A model generated the notes under the pieces. The model saw only the letters and a list, made by a program, of their open reading frames with translations. It ran no database searches and was not told the origin of the DNA. Made by a program: the position numbers and the translations under genes. From the UHGV virus genome UHGV-0385297: a stretch of DNA of 64,000 bases. One strand, written 5' to 3'. This stretch comes from a virus. Below are positions 47,603 through 57,721 of this stretch, piece after piece (the stretch's first letter is position 1; the number at the start of each line of letters is the position of its first letter).

Positions 47603-47800
47603 ATGAATAAAGTATATTTAATTTGGTTGTCAAATGATGATATTGAACCTATGGTTGTCGGTATTGCAACAAACAAAGAGAAAGCTAATGCAATGAGAGA
47701 CAAATTAGCATCTACGGATGGATTTGAATTTAATGATTATGAAATCGTTGAAATGAAATCTGACACTGTAATAATTGATAATATAGAATATAAATTTTAA
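47603..47800 (+). CDS. Hypothetical protein
   Basis: RBS GAGAGGATAT. Confidence 0.5.
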   Translation: MNKVYLIWLSNDDIEPMVVGIATNKEKANAMRDKLASTDGFEFNDYEIVEMKSDTVIIDNIEYKF

Positions 47801-47831
47801 GATGAAAAGCACATTTCTTGGAGGTGAAATT

Positions 47832-47999
47832 ATGAATGAGTTATATATAAGTGACAGCAGTATTTGTTTCAAAACGAATGAAAATACATATGATAAGGCA
47901 ATGGATAAATTTCTTAAAGCATGTGTTGATGCAGAAATTGATATTGTAATCGAAAATGCTTTTTTGAGAAATGAAAATGGAGATGAAATAGATGAATAA
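47832..47999 (+). CDS. Hypothetical protein
   Basis: RBS TTGGAGGTG. Confidence 0.45.
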   Translation: MNELYISDSSICFKTNENTYDKAMDKFLKACVDAEIDIVIENAFLRNENGDEIDE

Positions 48000-48189
48000 T
48001 ATACATGATAAGGTATTTATTTGTCCAAAGTGTAGCAATAAAACGTTATATCCTGTAAATGGAAACAAAGATATAATCGGTATTGGTTATCATGAGGTTT
48101 GTATTTGTGATGAATGTGCTGCTGAACTGTTAGCAGAACCGCAATTTGATTATTCAGTAAAATTTGTTGATATTCCAGAGGAGGAATAG
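47992..48189 (+). CDS. Zinc-ribbon small protein
   Basis: CPKCS...CICDEC, with an overlapping start. Confidence 0.5.
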   Translation: MNNIHDKVFICPKCSNKTLYPVNGNKDIIGIGYHEVCICDECAAELLAEPQFDYSVKFVDIPEEE

Positions 48190-48302
48190 AATGAAAAACA
48201 AAAAATGGACTTATGATTTTGTACCAGTTGGGATAAAGTGTATCAATTTAAAAATGAAAAATTGATATGGATTACTAAATTTTAATGAAAACCGTGTTTC
48301 AA

Positions 48303-48337
48303 AGGCAGATGAGAATAATCATCTGTCTTTTCTTTTT
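48303..48337 (+). terminator. Rho-independent terminator
   Basis: CAGATGA..TCATCTG followed by TCTTTTCTTTTTTGG. Confidence 0.65.
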
Positions 48338-48366
48338 TGGAGAATATATTATCAGGAGGTATGGAA

Positions 48367-49389
48367 ATGGAAAATAAAACATTAAAAATCTTGGAATTAT
48401 TTGGAGGAATTGGAGCGCCACGGAAGGCACTAGAAAATTTAGGATTTGATATAAAGAGTATTGATTACGTTGAAATTCTTCCATTCGCAGTACAAGCCAA
48501 TAATTCAATTTTTGATATTGCTTACAAACCACAAAGCGTTGTTGGATGGAATTTAAATCCTGATATTCTTATACATGGAAGTCCATGCCAGGACTTCAGT
48601 AAAAATGGTAGAAATAATATTAATACAGGACGGTCAATCTTATTTGAAGAGACATTAGCAATTATTGATCACAAGCTTCCAAAAAGACCAACGGTAGTTA
48701 TTTGGGAGAACGTTCCGAATCTTCTTTCTGAAGGCAAAAAGGTTAATCATCGTGTTCATCACTATCACTATCTGAGTGAAATGGAAAGAATGGGATACAA
48801 AAATTATTATAAAATTTTAAATGCAGCTGATTATAACATTCCACAGGCAAGAGAAAGATTATATACGATTAGTATTCTGAAAGATCAATTAAAAGATAAA
48901 GAGTTTGAATTTCCAGAAGCGGTTGAGTTAAAGAAAGATATTAGTTGTTACCTTGAAAAAGACGTAGATTGGGATAAATATTCACTTAGTCCTGCGGAGA
49001 ATGCAATTTTCTTTACAAGAGAAGACGGTCAATTATGCGTGAAAGAAGCAACAAAACTTGGGTATAAAGAAGTAAACGAATATGATGTAATTAATGTTGA
49101 GTTCCCAACAAGTACAACACGTAGAGGAAGGGTTGGACATGGTATATGCAAAACATTAACAACGGCTCCAAGACAGGCTATCTATTATGACGGGAAAGTA
49201 AGAATGCTAACTGCGAAAGAACATCTTCGGTTAATGGGATTTAAAGACAAAGATTATAATCATATGAAGAAAAGTGGATTAACTGATCAACAAATCAGTT
49301 ATCTTGCAGGTAATAGTATTTGTATTCCTGTGCTAATGGAATTGTATAAGGAACTTATGAAATTGAACTTATTTAGTAGAAGTGAATGA
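48367..49389 (+). CDS. DNA cytosine-5 methyltransferase (orphan)
   Basis: Motif I is ELFGGIGAP, motif IV is GSPCQDFS, motif VI is ENV and motif VIII is IPQARERLY. No restriction enzyme partner is present. Confidence 0.8.
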   Translation: MENKTLKILELFGGIGAPRKALENLGFDIKSIDYVEILPFAVQANNSIFDIAYKPQSVVGWNLNPDILIHGSPCQDFSKNGRNNINTGRSILFEETLAIIDHKLPKRPTVVIWENVPNLLSEGKKVNHRVHHYHYLSEMERMGYKNYYKILNAADYNIPQARERLYTISILKDQLKDKEFEFPEAVELKKDISCYLEKDVDWDKYSLSPAENAIFFTREDGQLCVKEATKLGYKEVNEYDVINVEFPTSTTRRGRVGHGICKTLTTAPRQAIYYDGKVRMLTAKEHLRLMGFKDKDYNHMKKSGLTDQQISYLAGNSICIPVLMELYKELMKLNLFSRSE

Positions 49390-49402
49390 TGGAGTACGGA
49401 AA

Positions 49403-49582
49403 ATGAGAACAGAAATTAAAAAGCAGACGGAAGAATGGTTGGATGAACGGTGGATGATCGCAAATATGGAAGAAGCAAGACCGCAGGATATGAGTTATTA
49501 CGCCGGTGCTGTAAAGGCATTGGAGTTTGCTGGATATGAATGGCAGAGAGATGCAGAAGGCAAACATACATTATATATATAA
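49403..49582 (+). CDS. Hypothetical protein
   Basis: RBS GGAGTACGG. Confidence 0.45.
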   Translation: MRTEIKKQTEEWLDERWMIANMEEARPQDMSYYAGAVKALEFAGYEWQRDAEGKHTLYI

Positions 49583-49596
49583 GGGAGCGTGATGAT

Positions 49597-49827
49597 ATGA
49601 ACAGGAAAGCACTTTATAGAGTAGTTTTCCATAATGAATCAAATGATGTTTATATAAGTATTGCAATGGAATATAACAAAGGAGATTTTTTGTTAGATGA
49701 TTATGGAGAGAAATTATTAAATACGGATCAGAGAATTGCAGCTTATGATGAATTATCAAAATATGTGTCAGAAGATTTTATTCACGATACAGTAATAGAT
49801 GATCTGGTAGAAACTATAACAAAGTAA
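49597..49827 (+). CDS. Hypothetical protein
   Basis: RBS AAGGGAGCG. Confidence 0.5.
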   Translation: MNRKALYRVVFHNESNDVYISIAMEYNKGDFLLDDYGEKLLNTDQRIAAYDELSKYVSEDFIHDTVIDDLVETITK

Positions 49828-49857
49828 CTGATAAAAGTTAGATTTGGAGGAGAAATT

Positions 49858-50202
49858 ATGACCTTATACGAATATATTAAATCAGCTCCTGATGGAGAAG
49901 AAATTGCAGTACATGATCAGGATTATGATATGGAAAGTTATTTTTATAATGATGACGCTGATGGTGATGTGTGGCAAATGGAAATGTTAAAATTAGCGAA
50001 GCTGCTAACAGTAATTGAGTCATACGGAAATCGTGTTACGGTTAACCTTTCCGATTTGATAATAAAGAAGTTAGACGAATTGGAAGCTGCAAATTTGTTC
50101 ATTAGATGCAACACCAATGCAATTATGAACGATATGAATAATATTCTCGCAGGTTATGTAAGTGAAGAATGGCTAACAAGATTTGTAAAAGCGCTAAGTT
50201 AA
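49858..50202 (+). CDS. Hypothetical acidic protein
   Basis: RBS TTGGAGGAG. Confidence 0.5.
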   Translation: MTLYEYIKSAPDGEEIAVHDQDYDMESYFYNDDADGDVWQMEMLKLAKLLTVIESYGNRVTVNLSDLIIKKLDELEAANLFIRCNTNAIMNDMNNILAGYVSEEWLTRFVKALS

Positions 50203-50205
50203 TGG

Positions 50206-50233
50206 TTACAGAATAATGCAAAAGTGGTATAAT
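50206..50233 (+). promoter_or_regulatory. Promoter for the lipoprotein gene
   Basis: TTACAG, a 16-nt spacer, and TGgTATAAT. Confidence 0.45.
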
Positions 50234-50280
50234 GAAGTAAAATATATAACCTCAAAACACACAATAAGGAGGAAATAAGT

Positions 50281-50898
50281 ATGATCGGAACATTATTATT
50301 TTTAACTGCGTTAGGTGTTAGTGGATTAAGTTGTTTAAGTGACAATCATTATTGTAAGAAAACAAGTATACACAAAGAAGGAGATGATACCGTATGGTAT
50401 GATCGAAAAGGTAGAGAAATTAGAAACGGAGAACGTACTACCTATAGAGTAAGAGAAGATAAATATGGGAATCTTGGTGGACAGGTAGTGGGAGTAAATA
50501 GTGGTAGGGTTTATGAAGATAGCCTTGCTAAAAAATATGCGTTTTACAAGGCAGAAGAAGATAAAGAAGCACAATGGGCAAAAGAGAATGGAAATCTTGC
50601 CTATAATAAATACTATCCTCAGTATAACAAAGCTTATACGACAGAGATTAGTACGGGAAAAATTATTTCCTGTCTTTGGGAATATAAAACAGAATGTGAT
50701 GGGCCATCGAAATATAGAAAATTCTATTTTGATCCAGCAACAATGACAATTCCAAAAGGAACTGCTCCTGGAGATATAGGAGTAGAAATATCACTACATG
50801 AATATGTAGATTTGCATGGACCACTTATGTTCACAGGTGATTCATTTCCATATGATAGTGCGGTGAGAAGAAAACTTGGAGATTGGTTATATAGTTAA
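50281..50898 (+). CDS. Putative secreted protein or lipoprotein
   Basis: A signal-peptide-like N-terminus (MIGTLLFLTALGVSGLSCLS) with a Cys at the lipobox position. RBS AAGGAGGAAAT. Confidence 0.55.
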   Translation: MIGTLLFLTALGVSGLSCLSDNHYCKKTSIHKEGDDTVWYDRKGREIRNGERTTYRVREDKYGNLGGQVVGVNSGRVYEDSLAKKYAFYKAEEDKEAQWAKENGNLAYNKYYPQYNKAYTTEISTGKIISCLWEYKTECDGPSKYRKFYFDPATMTIPKGTAPGDIGVEISLHEYVDLHGPLMFTGDSFPYDSAVRRKLGDWLYS

Positions 50899-50939
50899 AT
50901 GAAAACGCAGATTAAAATTAAGTATAAATGGAGGTCATT

Positions 50940-51017
50940 ATGTTCATCGAATTGATCAGTTGGGCAATTGCTTTAGGTATTGTTTATGGACCATGGATGC
51001 CATGGAATAGACGGTAA
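50940..51017 (+). CDS. 25-aa hydrophobic peptide
   Basis: MFIELISWAIALGIVYGPWMPWNRR with an AATGGAGGTC RBS. Confidence 0.35.
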   Translation: MFIELISWAIALGIVYGPWMPWNRR

Positions 51018-51058
51018 ATAAAATTGAATACAGAGAATACATGTAGGAAGGTTGTAAA

Positions 51059-51340
51059 ATGCAGCCTTCCTATTTTAGTACAGAGAAAGGAATAAAAATA
51101 ATGAGTGCAGAAGAATACGTTAGGAATGTAGCCAAACGGAAAGGATGGATCAAGTATTATATGCTTCACCGTCCAGTGAGTATCGGAACACAGCCACAGA
51201 AAGGATTCATGGATTTTATCAACTATGATAACAAGACAAATGTAAATGGTATATCTGCCTGGGCGGAAGTATATTATGATCGGTTACTGGATCAAGAAGA
51301 ACTGGATAAATATGAGATGATGAAAGGAGAAGAGTTATGA
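51059..51340 (+). CDS. Hypothetical protein
   Basis: The start is 51059 or 51101. Confidence 0.45.
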   Translation: MQPSYFSTEKGIKIMSAEEYVRNVAKRKGWIKYYMLHRPVSIGTQPQKGFMDFINYDNKTNVNGISAWAEVYYDRLLDQEELDKYEMMKGEEL

Positions 51341-51714
51341 GTCATATTGTAAGAATTATTTCAGAAAGAGAACGGAGACAACAGTCAATTTATGAACATT
51401 GTTTTCATATTATTGGCGCACCATATTATGAAACGCTTGGGTTTGGATGTGATAAAGAAGGCAATTTAACTCAGACGGATGATATGGAAAGTAAACTTAG
51501 AAATTACAATGATTGTGCCGATCATCCAGAAAAATGGGAAGATATGGGTATACGAAAAAGGTCTTGTTGGTATACAGAGCCAGCACATGCAAAATGCAGC
51601 TGCGGGTATGAGGTTATCCTTCAGGGAGATACATATTGTGATGGATGCGGACAGTTGTACAATCAGTTTGGACAGGTGCTAAAAGATCCAAGTGAGTGGG
51701 AAGAAGATTGGTAG
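51337..51714 (+). CDS. Cys-rich hypothetical protein
   Basis: CSCG...CDGCG. RBS AAAGGAGAAG. Confidence 0.55.
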   Translation: MSHIVRIISERERRQQSIYEHCFHIIGAPYYETLGFGCDKEGNLTQTDDMESKLRNYNDCADHPEKWEDMGIRKRSCWYTEPAHAKCSCGYEVILQGDTYCDGCGQLYNQFGQVLKDPSEWEEDW

Positions 51715-51954
51715 AGAAATCTGGTGGCTATAATATTGCAACCTATGTTATAATATTTATGAGAGGTTCGAAATATGATGAAATATTTTTCAAAAAACAG
51801 GTCAAGAGTGGGATGAAATGGCTAGAAAATAAAAAGAAACTCTTTGTGTGCGGGGAATACTATATCTCTAGAATTAAATCAAGGATCAACCCCGCCAAAG
51901 AGTTTCTGAAAACATTATAACATAACTATCGAAAAAAGAAAAGAGGTAAAATAT

Positions 51955-52668
51955 ATGTCTTGGTATGAAGGAAAGCACTCATGCGGTCATGAGGGTGGTA
52001 TAGAGCTTGTGGGCACAAAATCCTACAAGGAATGGAGGGCAAAACAGTATTTTTCCGATTTGTGTCCAGACTGCAAGCAAAAAGAAAAGAAAGAAAGAAA
52101 TAAAGAGATTGCAGAACAGTATGATATGCCCGATCTGAGCGGAACGGAAAAACAGATCGTCTGGGCAAATACAATAAGGGCAGATTTCCTGGACTATTGT
52201 GAAAAACACGAATTGGCGGCAGAATTCTTAATCAATACAAAAACTGATGCAAAGTTCTGGATTGATAATCGGGATCATATCTGTGATAAAGAGTTTGTGC
52301 TGTGTTATGAGGATATTTTGGAAAGAAAGCTACAAGCATCAAGATTTCTGCCGGAAGATACGATCATACCCACAAGCCAGAAATATTATGATACAGTAGA
52401 GATTACAGAGTATGTAGATTTAGGTGGTGTTGATCGATATATAAAGCTTTGCTACATGAAAAATAGCGATTTCATAAGCCTTGTTAAAAGTAGAGGATAT
52501 GAATGGAATCAGTACGTAGGAGGATGGTGTAAATCATTGCCAAAAATTGTAAAACATGATTTTGAAAATGAAGCGATTGAAATAGGCAAAATATTGTTAG
52601 ATAATAGGTTTTCTGTTTGCGTTCATGATGAGAATATAAAAGCAAAATTAGAATTGATTAGAGAATAA
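51955..52668 (+). CDS. Hypothetical protein
   Basis: RBS AAGAGGTAAAAT. A CPDC motif is present. Confidence 0.55.
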   Translation: MSWYEGKHSCGHEGGIELVGTKSYKEWRAKQYFSDLCPDCKQKEKKERNKEIAEQYDMPDLSGTEKQIVWANTIRADFLDYCEKHELAAEFLINTKTDAKFWIDNRDHICDKEFVLCYEDILERKLQASRFLPEDTIIPTSQKYYDTVEITEYVDLGGVDRYIKLCYMKNSDFISLVKSRGYEWNQYVGGWCKSLPKIVKHDFENEAIEIGKILLDNRFSVCVHDENIKAKLELIRE

Positions 52669-52763
52669 TATAATTAGGAAATAATAGATTCATTTGGAGT
52701 GGAATTGTCGTAAGGCAGTTCTGTTTCTGATATAATGGAGAATATAATATTGAGGTGATTTGT

Positions 52764-52988
52764 ATGGAATATCCAAAAGAAATTTACTTGGATGGTTATA
52801 CATATACGCAAATGTATGAACATGAAAAAGGTGGAATGTATTATCATTCAGAAGAATGCAGCGATGTTATTACAGGTTCATTTATTAGTTTATATCCAGA
52901 TGGAAGATTAACATATTTATGGGATGGATATGAACATGAATATGGAAAATATGATTTTGAAAATAATAAAAAGATTGGAGGATTATAA
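52764..52988 (+). CDS. Hypothetical protein
   Basis: A GAGGTGA RBS. Confidence 0.5.
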   Translation: MEYPKEIYLDGYTYTQMYEHEKGGMYYHSEECSDVITGSFISLYPDGRLTYLWDGYEHEYGKYDFENNKKIGGL

Positions 52989-52990
52989 AT

Positions 52991-53251
52991 ATGTTATATA
53001 CAATAGTACATACAGTAATTAATAATAAAGGAGAACACCCAGAAGCAAACGCAAGGGTGCTTGGGATATATTCAAATGAAAATGTTGCTATTAATGAAGC
53101 GGAAAAATGGATTAAGAATACAAAGACTTCTGACATAAATGTAAAGAGAATAACAGACACAGAATGGTATTTTTGGTATGAAGAGAATGGAAATAGCTAT
53201 GGCGGTTATGTAGATGTATATGGAAAAAGATTAGACGAGCCAATTGAATAA
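52991..53251 (+). CDS. Hypothetical protein
   Basis: A TTGGAGGATTATAAAT RBS. Confidence 0.5.
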   Translation: MLYTIVHTVINNKGEHPEANARVLGIYSNENVAINEAEKWIKNTKTSDINVKRITDTEWYFWYEENGNSYGGYVDVYGKRLDEPIE

Positions 53252-53287
53252 ACCAATGAAACCAAGTTTTCTTTGGGAGGTATGAAT

Positions 53288-53440
53288 ATGATTACATTTA
53301 AGTGCTTATATAAATTAACAAAAGAAGAAGTTCAGGGAATTGTATTTGATATTAAAAATGGTAAATCTTATACTGTTTCAGGCTGGGAGGATTATTATGC
53401 TACAGATGCAGATATTATTGAGTATTATAATTCCCTTTAA
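53288..53440 (+). CDS. Small hypothetical protein
   Basis: RBS GGGAGGT. Confidence 0.35.
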   Translation: MITFKCLYKLTKEEVQGIVFDIKNGKSYTVSGWEDYYATDADIIEYYNSL

Positions 53441-53517
53441 TAAAAATTACACATCTTGAATAATGTAACTTGGGATTATGTAAAATCACATAAAATCTAA
53501 GTTTCAGGAGGTTATGA

Positions 53518-53709
53518 ATGCAAAATAAAAAATATAAGTACAAAGTGAGTAATATAGCGGATGATGAGACAAGCGGATATATAGAGTTGACACCAGACGA
53601 AGCAAGGATTGTGCAATATGCAACAAATGAAGAAAATTGGAATATTATAAAACAAGGAGAATATAGTGGTGGATTTGAAATTGACGTAAATAATCCAATT
53701 GAAATTTAA
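53518..53709 (+). CDS. Hypothetical protein
   Basis: RBS AGGAGGTT. Confidence 0.5.
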   Translation: MQNKKYKYKVSNIADDETSGYIELTPDEARIVQYATNEENWNIIKQGEYSGGFEIDVNNPIEI

Positions 53710-53737
53710 CTTTCTTTTGATGATTGGAGGTAAAAAA

Positions 53738-54079
53738 ATGGAAAATAAAAATTTAAACTGTTATGGATATTTATTAAATTGTCCAGAAGAAATGCTCGTA
53801 GATATCAATGAAACAATGAAAGATAAACAAACAACTATAAATTGGAACAATTTTAAGGTTGGTGATGCTTTTTATGCAGAAAATACTTACAGATGTGTAA
53901 TGGTAGATCACGTCATGAAAAGAATCGTATTTACAACAGAAGAATATAAAAATGAGTTTGAATTAAGATATAATAACAATAAATATAAAAAGCCAGATAT
54001 GAGAGAAAAGATAAAAGAATATATTGGTGAGCCTGATACAGAAATTGATAGGCTTGAGGGGTTTATTAAAAAATACTGA
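53738..54079 (+). CDS. Hypothetical protein
   Basis: RBS TTGGAGGTAAAAAA. Confidence 0.5.
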   Translation: MENKNLNCYGYLLNCPEEMLVDINETMKDKQTTINWNNFKVGDAFYAENTYRCVMVDHVMKRIVFTTEEYKNEFELRYNNNKYKKPDMREKIKEYIGEPDTEIDRLEGFIKKY

Positions 54080-54170
54080 TAGTCCATATGATTTACAGAT
54101 TAAAGGTAGGCTGAATGCAATAATCGAAGTGAAAAATGATTTACTTGGTAGATTAGAAGAGGCGATATAG

Positions 54171-54338
54171 GTGGCAAGAATAATAGATAAGCCAAATAAA
54201 ATAAAAGTGAAACTCATTGTAGAAGTAGAAGCAGAATTCTATGATGATGAGTCATCAGAAGAAACATTAAGATATTGTGTTGAACAAGACTTGGAAGATG
54301 CAGGATTCAATGTTATTGATGTTTCAGTCATGAAATGA
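54171..54338 (+). CDS. Small acidic protein (GTG start)
   Basis: A GAGG RBS 8 nt upstream of GTG. Confidence 0.3.
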   Translation: MARIIDKPNKIKVKLIVEVEAEFYDDESSEETLRYCVEQDLEDAGFNVIDVSVMK

Positions 54339-54367
54339 CGATTTTAAGTGAAAATGGAGATGGTTAA

Positions 54368-54601
54368 ATGGATTTAGATAATATAACCGATATTGAAATT
54401 TTGAAAAGTGCATTAAAAAAGTACATGGTTCAAATGAAAAAAGATGCACATTCAAATGATGGCACGGATTATCTTTTTAAAGAAGGGCTTTGGTATTATG
54501 TTACTCAAGATGGAACAGGTGTGACAATTTATTCAGATAATATGGAACACGATTGTATTTTTGATTATGATACCGCAAAGAGATATTTAAATGTAGGATA
54601 A
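54368..54601 (+). CDS. Hypothetical protein
   Basis: RBS ATGGAGATGG. Confidence 0.5.
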   Translation: MDLDNITDIEILKSALKKYMVQMKKDAHSNDGTDYLFKEGLWYYVTQDGTGVTIYSDNMEHDCIFDYDTAKRYLNVG

Positions 54602-54660
54602 AAAATTAAATAAAGGTTGGTTTCATTGATGGCTTTGTGTATTGAGTGTGTATAAAAACG

Positions 54661-54688
54661 TTGACATTACGCAATAAGTGTGTATAAT
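54661..54688 (+). promoter_or_regulatory. Consensus promoter for hicAB
   Basis: TTGACA, a 16-nt spacer, and TATAAT. Confidence 0.55.
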
Positions 54689-54713
54689 ATATGTATAAGG
54701 AGGCAGACACCCC

Positions 54714-54887
54714 ATGAAAAGAACGGAATTAGTCAGTAGACTAGAAAAAGGTGGTTTTGTCTTTGAGAGACACGGTGGCAGTCATGACATATATGTTCGG
54801 GGAAACGTTAAAGAAACAATTCCGAGACATAAAGAAATTGATGAGCGTTTGGCAAAGGCAATACTAAAGAGAAATGGACTTTTATAG
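54714..54887 (+). CDS. hicA: HicA toxin
   Basis: MKRTELVSRLEKGGFVFERHGGSHDIYV...TIPRHKEIDERLAKAILKRNGL is a canonical YcfA/HicA sequence (57 aa). RBS AAGGAGG. Confidence 0.75.
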   Translation: MKRTELVSRLEKGGFVFERHGGSHDIYVRGNVKETIPRHKEIDERLAKAILKRNGLL

Positions 54888-54946
54888 TCCATTATTTCTT
54901 TAGTATTATATGAATATCAATAATTAGAGAATGGAGGTTTAAAAAG

Positions 54947-55366
54947 ATGAAAAATGTATATCCTGTATTCTTTACAAAAACAAATGAAGATATATTAGTT
55001 GAAGTTCCAGATTTTGGAATTTTAACAGAAGGTAAGGATATGAATGATGCCATGAATATGGCACGAGACGCAATTGAATTAAAATGTGTATCAATGGAAG
55101 ATGATAAAGAAGAAATTCCAACACCATCTGAACTTAAAGAATTAAATCCGGCAAATGGAACCTTTGCAGACGATGGAGAAACCGTGGTCTCATTTGTAGA
55201 TATTGATTCTACATTATATAGAAAGAAAATTGATACAAAAACTGTAAGAAGAAATGTTGCCTTACCAAGCTGGTTAAATTATGCTGCGGATCAAGCAGGA
55301 ATTAACGTGTCACGGATTTTACAGGAAGCACTTATGAGAACATTAAAAGTGGAGAATAGGATGTAG
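54947..55366 (+). CDS. hicB: HicB antitoxin
   Basis: The N-terminus VYPVFFTKTNEDILVEVPDFGILTEGKDMNDAMNMARDAIE is HicB-like. The C-terminus is RHH-like (RRNVALPSWLNYAADQAGINVSRILQEAL). Confidence 0.7.
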   Translation: MKNVYPVFFTKTNEDILVEVPDFGILTEGKDMNDAMNMARDAIELKCVSMEDDKEEIPTPSELKELNPANGTFADDGETVVSFVDIDSTLYRKKIDTKTVRRNVALPSWLNYAADQAGINVSRILQEALMRTLKVENRM

Positions 55367-55370
55367 CTTA

Positions 55371-55523
55371 ATGGAAAATTATATGAATCCGCCTGTTGAT
55401 TACCAGTGGACTGATCGGGATATTATAAACGAATATCAACGCTGTCAAGATAAGAAACAAGTGGCAAAGATATATCTGATCAGTGTAAAGGAAGTGACGG
55501 AAATCCTAAAACGGAATAAGTAA
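55371..55523 (+). CDS. Small hypothetical protein (possible HTH)
   Basis: It starts 5 nt after the hicB stop and has a weak RBS. Confidence 0.3.
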   Translation: MENYMNPPVDYQWTDRDIINEYQRCQDKKQVAKIYLISVKEVTEILKRNK

Positions 55524-55536
55524 ATATGGTTTTATG

Positions 55537-55570
55537 TAGAAGTAGAGAAAATCTACTTCTATTTTTTTTA
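55537..55570 (+). terminator. Strong rho-independent terminator
   Basis: TAGAAGTAGA..TCTACTTCTA followed by TTTTTTTTAT. Confidence 0.75.
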
Positions 55571-55630
55571 TGCAAAATCGGAATGGATATGGAGAATACA
55601 TAGATAGGAAACTATCGGAGGTAAATAGAA

Positions 55631-56182
55631 ATGCAATACATAATAACTAATGGTGAGAAATATTTAAAACAGAATCCTCAAGCTGGATATTTGGTTGTGG
55701 ATAATTTTAGTGATGCATCGATATGGCAAGTAAAAGAAAAGGCAAACAATGTAATAAAAACCTGTCCATTATGTAGGACTTATGATATGGAAACCATTGA
55801 ACTTACAACAAATGATATTGAAGATACTCCTATCAACTATGATTTAGAAGAAAAGATAGGAGAAATTGAACGGTTTACGGAACAACTTCAAAGCCGAAGA
55901 ATTATACTTCTAAAGTTGATACAGAGAGAAGATTTAAAAATTGTAGACATAGAACATGTTGCTGAGTTTAAAAATTTAGGAGCTGCGGCTGGCTATAAGA
56001 TTTACAAATTACTACATGACTGCAAATGCAGAAGAAGGGATTATAAAAATGAGCTGAGGCAGATAGATGGTATTCTTGGTAAAACATTAAATGCAAAAGG
56101 AATTATATGTATGAAAAAAGCAATAAAAAGTGTACAGGAACAGAAATATGAGCCTCGGATTTTAAAAGAATTATTTCAGTAA
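55631..56182 (+). CDS. Hypothetical protein
   Basis: RBS TCGGAGGTAAAT. Confidence 0.55.
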   Translation: MQYIITNGEKYLKQNPQAGYLVVDNFSDASIWQVKEKANNVIKTCPLCRTYDMETIELTTNDIEDTPINYDLEEKIGEIERFTEQLQSRRIILLKLIQREDLKIVDIEHVAEFKNLGAAAGYKIYKLLHDCKCRRRDYKNELRQIDGILGKTLNAKGIICMKKAIKSVQEQKYEPRILKELFQ

Positions 56183-56194
56183 AGGAGAATGATT

Positions 56195-57196
56195 ATGGAA
56201 GAGAAAAGTAGATATGCAACAAAGAAAAAAGGTAAAACAGAAGTTCAGCCATTATGGAATATGGAAGATATTAAAGCGGTTATAGAATGGTTTGAGAAAA
56301 AAGAAGATTGGGATGGATATTTTATCACCATGTTAGAGCTTCTTCTTGGTAGACGTATTGGTGATACTATCTCTATGAAGTGGTCTGATCTGTATTATGA
56401 AAACGGAAAGAGAAAAGAAGCAATTAACACTATTGTAGAGCAGAAGACAGGTAAAGTCACTGAACTGCCAGTAAGTCATATGACATATGAAGCAATGGAT
56501 ATTTATTTGGACCATACCGGCATTAATCCAATGCAGCATTATGATGAGTTTATTTTTAAATATGAAGCGAAAACTGCATGGGTTCAGCGTTATGATAATC
56601 CTGTGTATGATAATACAGACATAGAAGAATGGTGCAGATTCTTAGGAAAGGATTTTACGGAAGATCGTAAACAGAAAATTTTAAAGGATTTTGAAAAGCA
56701 AAAGGAGTATAAAACATTAGGTGGTTATTTGTATTATGAAGTAGAATGGAATGACATTGTAAAGTGGCAGTCTGATGATTATAGGAAGAAACTAAAACAG
56801 GCTGCGAAAGCTATTGGTATCACAACTCCAGTCAGTACGCATAGCCTTCGGAAGTCGCTAGGATACTGGGTGTATAAAATGCATATGTTCGATCCTAACT
56901 GTTTGCTGACATTACAGAAGCTCTTTAATCATGCAGATCTTCAGACAACTATAATTTATATTGGTTTAGTGGAGGAACAGAAGAGAAGATATTTGGAAGA
57001 TCATGGAGAGTTCATTAAGAACGTCCTGGCTGGCAAGGGAGATGAAATCATCAAAAACATGCCGGTCATTTCATTAAAATCAAACGACTTTGGAAATGTA
57101 ATTATGAATGTTATCAAGGGAATGCAGGAAGGCAAAGAAGCAGTTGAGGTTTACCAGATTGCTATTAACATGGCAAATGAGAAGCGAATTGCGTAA
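56195..57196 (+). CDS. Tyrosine recombinase (second copy)
   Basis: R in LLGRRIGDTIS, then HSLRKSLG, then LQKLFNHADLQTTIIYI with the Tyr. RBS AAGGAG. Confidence 0.7.
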   Translation: MEEKSRYATKKKGKTEVQPLWNMEDIKAVIEWFEKKEDWDGYFITMLELLLGRRIGDTISMKWSDLYYENGKRKEAINTIVEQKTGKVTELPVSHMTYEAMDIYLDHTGINPMQHYDEFIFKYEAKTAWVQRYDNPVYDNTDIEEWCRFLGKDFTEDRKQKILKDFEKQKEYKTLGGYLYYEVEWNDIVKWQSDDYRKKLKQAAKAIGITTPVSTHSLRKSLGYWVYKMHMFDPNCLLTLQKLFNHADLQTTIIYIGLVEEQKRRYLEDHGEFIKNVLAGKGDEIIKNMPVISLKSNDFGNVIMNVIKGMQEGKEAVEVYQIAINMANEKRIA

Positions 57197-57209
57197 AAGG
57201 AAAGCGGTG

Positions 57210-57695
57210 CTATTTTTTAGCATCGCTTAATTCCTTAATCTGTTCTATTAGCTTATCATATTTATCAGCTGATATAACAACATGTCGGCGCATAAAAGAG
57301 TGTACTATTTGGTTTGCAACGTCTTGAGCTATCTGCGCCATTTTTTCTTCATCTTTTGTATCGACATTTACTTTTATAGGAGTGCTTGGATCATTCGGAT
57401 TATTTAAACTAACAGTAAATGTTGATTCTTGAGATTTTTCTTTTGGATGGTCGATGTCAAAAACAATGTCAGGTGAATCGCACCATTTTGTTATATCATC
57501 ATTAATAAGAATATCATTTGGCGTACAGTGAAAAGTATTACATAAAGAAGTAAGGACATCGAAATTTATTCGTGTCGTTTCACTAGAGTATAATTGTTTT
57601 GCAGGATTATAATTTACACCTATTGCCTTAGCAAATTTGTTGATATTACCGTCAAACATGACATCTACATATTTTTTTATATTAAGTCTATACAT
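57210..57695 (-). CDS. XRE-family HTH regulator
   Basis: The HTH is INKFAKAIGVNYNPAKQLYSSETTRINFDVLTSL. It is transcribed divergently from the MazF-like gene and converges on the recombinase gene. Confidence 0.65.
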   Translation of the reverse strand: MYRLNIKKYVDVMFDGNINKFAKAIGVNYNPAKQLYSSETTRINFDVLTSLCNTFHCTPNDILINDDITKWCDSPDIVFDIDHPKEKSQESTFTVSLNNPNDPSTPIKVNVDTKDEEKMAQIAQDVANQIVHSFMRRHVVISADKYDKLIEQIKELSDAKK

Positions 57696-57721
57696 GCATA
57701 ACCTCTATATAAAAGAGAAAA

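Noticed and set aside
51696-51920. A 74-aa GTG-start ORF overlapping the end of 51337-51714
   Set aside because: It has no RBS for any in-frame start. The region more likely holds a promoter (TGGCTATAAT) for the 51955 gene. A short real gene is not excluded.
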